A DNA stretch of 22,421 bases from a virus. Lineage: Duplodnaviria; Heunggongvirae; Uroviricota; Caudoviricetes. This document shows, in pieces, positions 15,836 through 22,421 of this stretch. The notes beneath the pieces were generated by a model. The model ran no database searches. It was not told the DNA's origin and saw only the letters and a program-made list of their open reading frames with translations. Made by a program: the position numbers and the translations under genes. The DNA lies in the IMG/VR virus record IMGVR_UViG_3300022758_000225, positions 1 through 22,421 of that record. One strand, given 5' to 3'. Within the stretch, counting starts at the first letter, position 1. Each line of letters starts with the position of its first letter.

Positions 15836-17895
15836 TCCACAACCTCCCCAAGCTGCGCATCTGTTAGCTCTTTATGCCAGAGACGAAAATTCCTCACATG
15901 CCCAAATAAATGGCGTAATCCTGCTGTAGTTTGTCCACCAATGCGAATGGTTGCTGTACTCCGGATATATTCCCATGTGGTTTTTGTTTCGCTGGATATA
16001 CGCCCGTTACTTACTGCACATGTAGACTGATCTGACTTTACACGCATCCCCATAACCATTTTTTTCAACGATGCGTTTTCGTTAACACGCCTATTTGATC
16101 CACCAATATCGCAATAAGGAAATCCGTCTGGCCCATCTGCCGAAGATCCGAAGCCAAGAATAATAGCCGCTCCGGTTTGATGACCGCCGGTATCAAAAAC
16201 ACGTGGCGCTGCATTTGGCGTTTTATACCAGTTCTTATGTACCTCACAAAGAACCGTAAAAGGAAGATTATAAAGATTATTATTAATTGGAACTGTAACT
16301 ATATCGCTTGCGCGGGTAGCCGCCGTCGTTCCTGAGATAATAAAAGATGATGCACACGAACCATCCTCAACCTGAGGGGTGGCCAGATAAATATAGTCTC
16401 CAGATACGGTTGCTCCGCCCTGATTAGGAGAATACTGTATCTGAGATCCTATTTTTAACTCATCATCAATTGCCAGGATTGTTGCCTCTGCAAAAATCCA
16501 TCCGGTAGCTTCGTCCTTTCTGACTCTCGCTGTAATCCTTGAGGCCGCGCCACCTGTCATATTAATTTCAAGCGTTTGTGTATCAATATATGCATCACCA
16601 AGAAAAGTTGTTGCACTACCGTCATATTTATCAAAGCGGATACGCAACCTTACCTGTCGTTCTGTTTTAAAACGACATGAGGTTGTCACGTACTTGTTAT
16701 CGCCTGAAACATCAACTGACTTTGTAGCAGCAATTGATGCCATATTAATGGCTGACGTTTGCCCAATCAGAGAATCGTTACAAACAAACTTTCCATAAGT
16801 AAAACCAAAACTATCAGTTCCAACCTCAGCGACATTCATATTTGCAGATTTACCCCAAGAAGCTGGAGTTGCTGAATTCAACATGTAGTTGGTTCGCTGA
16901 CCTTCAATCAATAAACCTTCTTTTTCAAATCGTGGCTCATTAATTTCCGCCGTTTTCAGTTCGCCAGATTTGTTGATATATGTTGCCGTTGATGCGCGAC
17001 TGAAATTAACCTGTTTATCACTGGCAACCTGAACCACATTATCACCAATCTTCACTTTTTTATAACCCGGAGAATAGCCCGTAATCATATCCAGCGAATC
17101 ATTAAAGGGTATCCACACATCCGGCAGCGGCTGTAAAACATATCTGTACGGCTCTGCTGTCTGGTTTGCGTATTCTCTGGCAGCATCTTCACTTGCTTTT
17201 GCTGCCGTCTGGCTTGCTGCCGATGCTTTCGCCGAGTTCGCCGCCGCTGTTTCGCTCACCTTTGCGTTGGCTTCACTGTCTTTGGCATTCGTCTCACTGG
17301 TTTTCGCTGCCGTCTGGCTGGATTTTGCGTTTTTTTCGCTGGCCTTTGTGGCTGTCTCGCTATTTTTCGCGCTGGTTTCTGATTTTTTGGCTGCTGTCGC
17401 GGAGTTTGCCGATGCAGTCTGCGAGGCCGCTGCCGCCTGTGCGCTGTTAGCTGCATTCGTTTCTGAGGTTTTCGCCGCATTCTTCGATGAGGCTGCTGCC
17501 GTTTCGGATTTCTTTGCCGCCGCTGCACTCTGTGATGACGCTCCGGCATGACGTGCCACTTCATTCACCATCAGCTCAAAACGGCGCAGTGCCTCCGGAC
17601 GGGCATCATCCTCCGTCATGGCACCGAGAAAATCATTCAGCGTACCTGGTCTGGAACCTTCATAGACGGTAATGGTCCCGGCATGTGAAGGTGGAAAACC
17701 TTCAACCAGCAGGGTGACGCTGTACTGGCCATACTCAACATCCATGCTGTAACGCCCGGCTTCATCCGGATTTTCTGAGGCCACCGTGTTCACCACCACC
17801 GTGGTGCTGTTACGTTTTGCTTTCAGCTGGATTGTGCAGTTCTGTACCGGTTTACCTGCACCGTCTTTCAGTACACCTGAAATCTTTACTGCCAT
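15832..17895 (-). CDS. stf: side tail fibre protein (lambda Stf-like N-terminus, A/S/T-rich repeat stalk, lectin-like C-terminal domain)
   Basis: N-terminus MAVKISGVLKDGAGKPVQNCTIQLKA...GFPPSHAGTITVYE matches lambda Stf. C-terminus GHVRNFRLWHKELTDAQLGEV resembles the end of concanavalin-A/LamG-type domains. ATG at 17895 with a GGGGTGA SD. Confidence 0.8.
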   Translation of the reverse strand: MAVKISGVLKDGAGKPVQNCTIQLKAKRNSTTVVVNTVASENPDEAGRYSMDVEYGQYSVTLLVEGFPPSHAGTITVYEGSRPGTLNDFLGAMTEDDARPEALRRFELMVNEVARHAGASSQSAAAAKKSETAAASSKNAAKTSETNAANSAQAAAASQTASANSATAAKKSETSAKNSETATKASEKNAKSSQTAAKTSETNAKDSEANAKVSETAAANSAKASAASQTAAKASEDAAREYANQTAEPYRYVLQPLPDVWIPFNDSLDMITGYSPGYKKVKIGDNVVQVASDKQVNFSRASTATYINKSGELKTAEINEPRFEKEGLLIEGQRTNYMLNSATPASWGKSANMNVAEVGTDSFGFTYGKFVCNDSLIGQTSAINMASIAATKSVDVSGDNKYVTTSCRFKTERQVRLRIRFDKYDGSATTFLGDAYIDTQTLEINMTGGAASRITARVRKDEATGWIFAEATILAIDDELKIGSQIQYSPNQGGATVSGDYIYLATPQVEDGSCASSFIISGTTAATRASDIVTVPINNNLYNLPFTVLCEVHKNWYKTPNAAPRVFDTGGHQTGAAIILGFGSSADGPDGFPYCDIGGSNRRVNENASLKKMVMGMRVKSDQSTCAVSNGRISSETKTTWEYIRSTATIRIGGQTTAGLRHLFGHVRNFRLWHKELTDAQLGEVVE
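17180..17560. repeat. imperfect tandem repeats encoding the Ala/Ser/Thr/Lys-rich stalk of Stf
   Basis: Repeated gctgccg / ttcgc / ttttcgc units on the plus strand, translating to KxSETxAxNS-type repeats. They generate spurious ORFs on both strands. Confidence 0.5.
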
Positions 17896-17906
17896 ATTCA
17901 CCCCAC

Positions 17907-17932
17907 AAAAAAGCCCGCCTGAACCGGCGGGC
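17907..17932 (-). terminator. intrinsic terminator downstream of lom
   Basis: Minus strand reads GCCCGCC-ggttca-GGCGGGC followed by TTTTTT, ending just upstream of the stf SD. Confidence 0.5.
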
Positions 17933-17959
17933 TGTCATAACACTGTGTTACCTGGCTAA

Positions 17960-18559
17960 TCAGAACTTATAACCGACACCCACGATGAACCCGTCAGTGC
18001 GCCAGTTGCCACTGCCGGAGCCTTCATAAGCGACATCAACGGCCACGGATTCGGTCGGGTTAAACTGCACGCCAGCTCCCCACGCCAGAGAGGTGTTACT
18101 GTGGCGAGCGTCATCACTTCCGGTCAGCACGTCGTGCGTTTTTCCCTTGTTGTCAGTTACGCGGAGATAATCCCCGGAAAAAGTCGACACACGGCTGTAA
18201 GCCACGCCTGCCATCGCATACGCGCTGAACCATTCATTCACGCGTACAGACGGCCCCGCCATCACGCTGAACCAGCGGTTACGCACGGAATCCTCATGCC
18301 AGCGGGTATCGCTGTAATGCGTTTTTTGCTCATCTTCAGCGTTGGCATAACTGAATGACGTAATCAGCCCCAGCGTGTCCGTAAACTCATAACGGTATTT
18401 CACGTTAATCCCGTTCAGATTATCGCTGCCGGGAGCGTTCGTACGGGCATGAAGATACCCTGCGCTCAGTGTGGCCTGCTGCTCAGACGCCCATGCAGGC
18501 GCACCGGATACGGCCAGACAGATGGCTGCGGACAAAATGGCTGCACAAACTTTACGCAT
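17960..18559 (-). CDS. lom: outer-membrane protein Lom (Ail/Lom family)
   Basis: 199 aa with signal peptide; GINVKYRYE and C-terminal AYEGSGSGNWRTDGFIVGVGYKF match lambda Lom. Confidence 0.85.
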   Translation of the reverse strand: MRKVCAAILSAAICLAVSGAPAWASEQQATLSAGYLHARTNAPGSDNLNGINVKYRYEFTDTLGLITSFSYANAEDEQKTHYSDTRWHEDSVRNRWFSVMAGPSVRVNEWFSAYAMAGVAYSRVSTFSGDYLRVTDNKGKTHDVLTGSDDARHSNTSLAWGAGVQFNPTESVAVDVAYEGSGSGNWRTDGFIVGVGYKF

Positions 18560-18583
18560 AATTACCTCTCGCTTTTCTGCAAT

Positions 18584-18607
18584 AAAAAAGGCGCCAGAAA
18601 TGGCGCC
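18584..18607 (-). terminator. intrinsic terminator between J and lom
   Basis: Minus strand reads GGCGCC-atttct-GGCGCC followed by TTTTTT. Consistent with lom being a separately expressed moron. Confidence 0.5.
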
Positions 18608-18627
18608 CGCATATGGGTTATGAAAAT

Positions 18628-21600
18628 TCAGCTAATCGTGATACCTGCTGTGGATTTCTTCATCACCACAACCAGCAAATCACTGATACTGGCTGTGGGA
18701 TACCAGTCATTTACCAGCCACGCTGATACCGAAAACTCCAGCGTCATGTGACCGCGACCAGCAGGCATATCAATAACACCTGTATAAACCAGCGTATTAT
18801 CCAGCGCGGTACGGTTATAAATTTCAGCACCGTTTTTCTTCACTATCAGGCGGCATGACGAATAAATATCGTTATTCTCCCGCTCATGTTTAGCGCCACG
18901 AAACGCCACCGCGGGAATAACAATCTGCCGGTTAAACGGCTGATCGTCATAAACCCTGACGGTAATGGTTCCTGATGGCCAACGCTTCGGTGCACGGGAG
19001 TCACGGGGGAAAGCCTTACCCACTGTTTTAACGAGATCGCCTTCAATCTGGTTTGCAGACAGTTTCCCTCTGATGACACAGTTCTCGTTAATGGTGACAT
19101 TATTGAGCGTGCCGGTATTCGCCGTGATGGCTCCACTGATATCCGCATTGCGGGCTGTCAGCCTGCCATCCGGCGTCAGGGAAAACGTCGGAGGATTGCC
19201 GGATGACGTGATGCTCACCGCAAACAGTCGCTTCAGGAACACGTCGTTCATGAACAGCTGATTCCCCTGCGCCACAAACAGCGGCGTGGTGTTGCCGTTC
19301 TCCGGGGTAATCATCGCAATGCGATCGGCCTGCAGCAGAATGTTACTCAGGGTCTGATCATCAACATCCTCAATCCCCGCGCCAATCCCGGCCACATAGG
19401 GAATACCGTTTTTGTTTCTGCACCTTCAGCATATACATGGCATTCAGCTCATTGCGCGTGTCTGACTGAACCCGCTGGATTTGCTGTATGGTCACGGCCT
19501 GGTCACCCAGCTTTTTATCCGTGGTCGAGGTAATTTCACTCCCTTTTTTATCCACGTACTGGCGGACCTGTGCTATCTGTCGGGCGTTTTCTGACTGCCC
19601 CTGGCTGACAGTCTGTGAGATTTCACTGCTCACCCGGTCCACTTTCTGGCTCACCTGCGCGATGGCCAGTGTCTGGTCCTCATTCTTTTTCGCAACCAGC
19701 TGCGTGAGGCTGTTTTCCGCCTTCCCGATTTTCCGGGTCACTTCTGCGATATCCGTGTCCATCCGCTGACGGATATCTTCTTCCAGTTGCGTGACCTCCG
19801 TACGCAGCGCTGAAGCATCAATGCGCTCTTTCAGTGCCTGACCCAGAAGCGTCTCATCTATCAGCCCCCCGGAAAATTTCCAGATACCCTTCACCATCAT
19901 TGCTGGGCTGCCCGCTGGCTTCCACAAAAGCAGATTTCCCCACCAGGTTGACGCTGCGCACGTAAAACCAGAAATCCGTCCCCGGCTTAATCCGGCTCCC
20001 CTGGACAGTCCACTGACTGCCGGTCCCCAGATAACGGGCAGATTTTCCACCTGTGCTGTGTTCGTGATGCGTTTTTCTGAGAACCAGAATTCAAACTGTA
20101 CCGTCGGGTCATACACCGCAAGACGCGGGACCGCCGTTATCTGAAAATACCCCGGCGTCAGCTCAATCCGAGACGGCGCTGCCGGTGCGGCAATCCGGAA
20201 CGATACCGATGCCGGATCGCCCTGCTGCCCCCACGCATTTACTGCCCGGACTGTCAGCGTGTACCGCCCCAGCGCCAGTTGCGTGAAGCGGTATGTGGTT
20301 TCCGTCGTCCGGGCCGTGCTGACCAGCCGCTCACTGCCGTCATCCGCTGCCACGGTCAGGCGAAGCATAAAGCTCACGCCCTTCACCACCTTCGGCGTGT
20401 CCCAGCGCGCCAGCACCTGATATTCCCCGCTGTCTGCGGTAACTTCGGCGGTCAGGTGCTGCACCGCTGGCGGCGTGACACCATTCACCGTGCCGCTCTG
20501 GTCGCCGTCAAAGTGCGCCCCGTTATCCACGATGGCCTCTTTTGCCGGTACATGCTGTACGGCGGTGATGGCATACGTACCGTCGTCATTCTCACGGATA
20601 CTCACACAGCGGAACAGGCGCTGGCGCAGCGTCGGCAGCTTCAGCCCCCACACGCTGTATCCGGCAACGCCGTCAGGAACACGGCTCACTTTCACCTTCA
20701 CACCGTCGGTGACGGACTGGACCTCCACGCTCACCGGATTACCCTGCCCGTCAACCAGGCTTATCAGCGTGGTGCCGGAGGATGGCAGCGTGATTTCACG
20801 GTCGAGCGTCAGCGTCCGGGTCTGGCTGTTTACCGCCAGCACGCGCCCGCCGGTGCTGATACCGGCATAGTCATCATCGCAGATTTCAATGACATCGCCC
20901 GGTACATGGCGAAGCCCTTCGGCACCCACGCTGAAGTCCACGGTCTGCGTTTCCAGCAGTTCCGTTTTAATCAGCCACAGCCCGGCGCGGTGCGCCTGCC
21001 CCCGGCTGGTACAGCCAAAGGCATCCATCTTCGTGACGTTACGACCGTAACGGGCAATGGCCTGCGTATCTTCAACAAGCTCTGTCGCCGTCTCCCAGCC
21101 GTTATCCGGGTCAATCCAGTTCACCTCAACGGCATTATGGCGGTCCTTCAGGGCGCTGAAGCTGTAGCGGAACGGCGCGCCATCATCCGGCATCACCACA
21201 TTACTGCGGTTATAGGTCCACACCTTATCCGACGGTCGGTCCTGCACGAACGTCAGCGTCTGCCCGTTCCATACCGGCATACAGCGCATCGCCGAGCAGA
21301 AATCGCTGAGAACATCCCACGCCTTACGCTGTGTGGTCAGCCAGGCATTACAGGTGATGCGCGGCTCCGTGCCGCCAAAGCCGTCCGGCACTGACTGGTC
21401 GCAGTACTGGCCGATGACATACAGCGCCCATTTATCCACATCCGCCGCACCAAGACGTTTCCCCATGCCGTAGCGCGGATGGGTCAGCATATCCCACAGA
21501 CACCAGGCCATGTTGTTGCTGTATGCTGGCTTAAACGTTCCGTCCCAGATACCGCTGTATTGCCGCGTCTGCGGGTTATAATTCGACGGCACCTGCAGAA

Positions 21601-22324
21601 TACGCCCGCGAAGATGATAATTACGGCTCACCTGCTGGCTGCCGAACTGTTCCGAGTCCACCTGTACGCCGACCAGTGCCGTGTTCGGGTAGCACTGTTT
21701 CACATCGATGATTTCAGTGTATGACGACCAGAGCGTTTTGTTCTGCAGCTGGTCTGTGGTGCTGTCCGGCGTCATCCTGCGCATCCGGATGTTGAACGGG
21801 CGCGGCGGCAGGTTACCCACCACCACCGAGGCCAGATACTGCGAGGTGGTTTTGCCCTTAATGGTGATGTCTTTTTCCGTCACCCAGCCACCGTTACGCT
21901 GTATCTGAACCAGCAGGCGGACTTCCGACGGATTCCGGTCCCCCTTTGAGGTGGTTTCCACCAGTGCCTGCACACCGAAGGTAAAGCGCAGACGGTCAAT
22001 GTTTGCCGACGTGATGGTCCGGGTGATCGGCGTGTCATATTTCACTTCCGTACCCAGCACCGTCTCGGAGCCGGAGGATTCAAATCCCTCCGGCGGAGTC
22101 TGCTCCTGCTCACCTGCCCGGAACACCACCGTTACGCCGGAGATGTTGGTATTCCCCTCACTGTCCAGCACCGGTGTACTGTTCAGCAGCACGCTTTTTA
22201 AGCCATCCACCGGACCTTCAACCGGCCCTTCACTGATGGCATCGATCACACTCAGCAACTGCGTGGACTTCAGATTGTCCTTCGCTTCGCGCGGGGTATG
22301 CCCCTTACTGCTGCCTTTACCCAT
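18628..22324 (-). pseudogene. J: tail tip / host-specificity protein J, interrupted by single-base frameshifts
   Basis: The first ~800 aa of ORF 19370..22324 are near-identical to lambda J. The segment encoded 20046->19870 is out of frame; the alternative frame gives KSARYLGT...YVRSVN...GKSAFVE...GEGYL, matching J. ORF 18628..19395 carries the J C-terminus. Breaks at T4 20043-20046, C6 19865-19870 and T5 19409-19413. Confidence 0.8.
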
Positions 22325-22384
22325 TCGTCATGCTCCATAAACGACAAAACCGCCCGGAGGCGGTTTCACATAAAATATTTTGCA

Positions 22385-22421
22385 TCATCGACCAATCATC
22401 ACAACCTGACCACCATCCCCA
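22385..22421 (-). CDS. 3' end of the upstream tail gene (I-like position), partial
   Basis: Open minus-strand frame running off the window edge, stopping at 22385-22387 about 60 nt upstream of the J start. Identity not verifiable from 12 codons. Confidence 0.25.
   Translation of the reverse strand, partial: GDGGQVVMIGR

Noticed and set aside
15123-16030. Plus-strand ORFs 15123..15467, 15383..16030 and 15669..15929
   Set aside because: Overlap the minus-strand membrane-protein, 92-aa and stf genes, which have coupled starts and stops and recognisable features.
17166-17564. ORFs on both strands within the Stf repeat region (17166..17450, 17256..17564, 17267..17551)
   Set aside because: Low-complexity translations (poly-Ala/Phe or Arg/Gln-rich) generated by the tandem repeats that encode the Stf stalk in the correct frame.
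20279-21394. 371-aa plus-strand ORF and several smaller ones (20475..20870, 21479..21724, 21951..22340) inside J
   Set aside because: Antisense to a gene that is near-identical to lambda J; Arg/Pro/His-rich composition is typical of GC-rich antisense frames.
1-22421. CRISPR arrays, tRNA or rRNA genes
   Set aside because: No regularly spaced short direct repeats with unique spacers and no cloverleaf-compatible or rRNA-like segments were seen; the direct repeats present are the ori iterons and the Stf coding repeats.

Overview
This window reads as a lambda-like temperate phage genome in phage (circularly permuted) order rather than as an integrated prophage: the integrase and the tail-fibre genes lie about 1 kb apart. 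Everything below is from reading the sequence and the six-frame track by eye; no database search was run. From left to right: a minus-strand nin-like block (split ydfU-like gene, KilA-N antirepressor-like, RusA, a LexA DNA-binding-domain-only protein, N6-adenine methyltransferase, PerC-like protein) ending in a replication gene that carries the origin iterons; a divergent immunity region (cII-like and cro-like on minus, cI-like repressor on plus) with repeated operator palindromes; a ~620 bp untranslated structured leader; a plus-strand early-left block of small genes resembling the E. coli CPS-53 yfdP-T cluster, with Ea22-like, DUF551, a DEDDh exonuclease and a PrtN-like protein; an AT-rich inserted module (GNAT-like gene plus a 57-aa gene); a tyrosine integrase; a dinI-like gene behind two LexA boxes; and minus-strand tail genes (J, lom, stf and two small genes). 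The most striking recurring signal is a series of single-base reading-frame breaks in cI, the DUF2303 gene, J (three) and possibly ydfU and the replication gene, mostly at short homopolymer runs. No rRNA, tRNA or CRISPR array was found.
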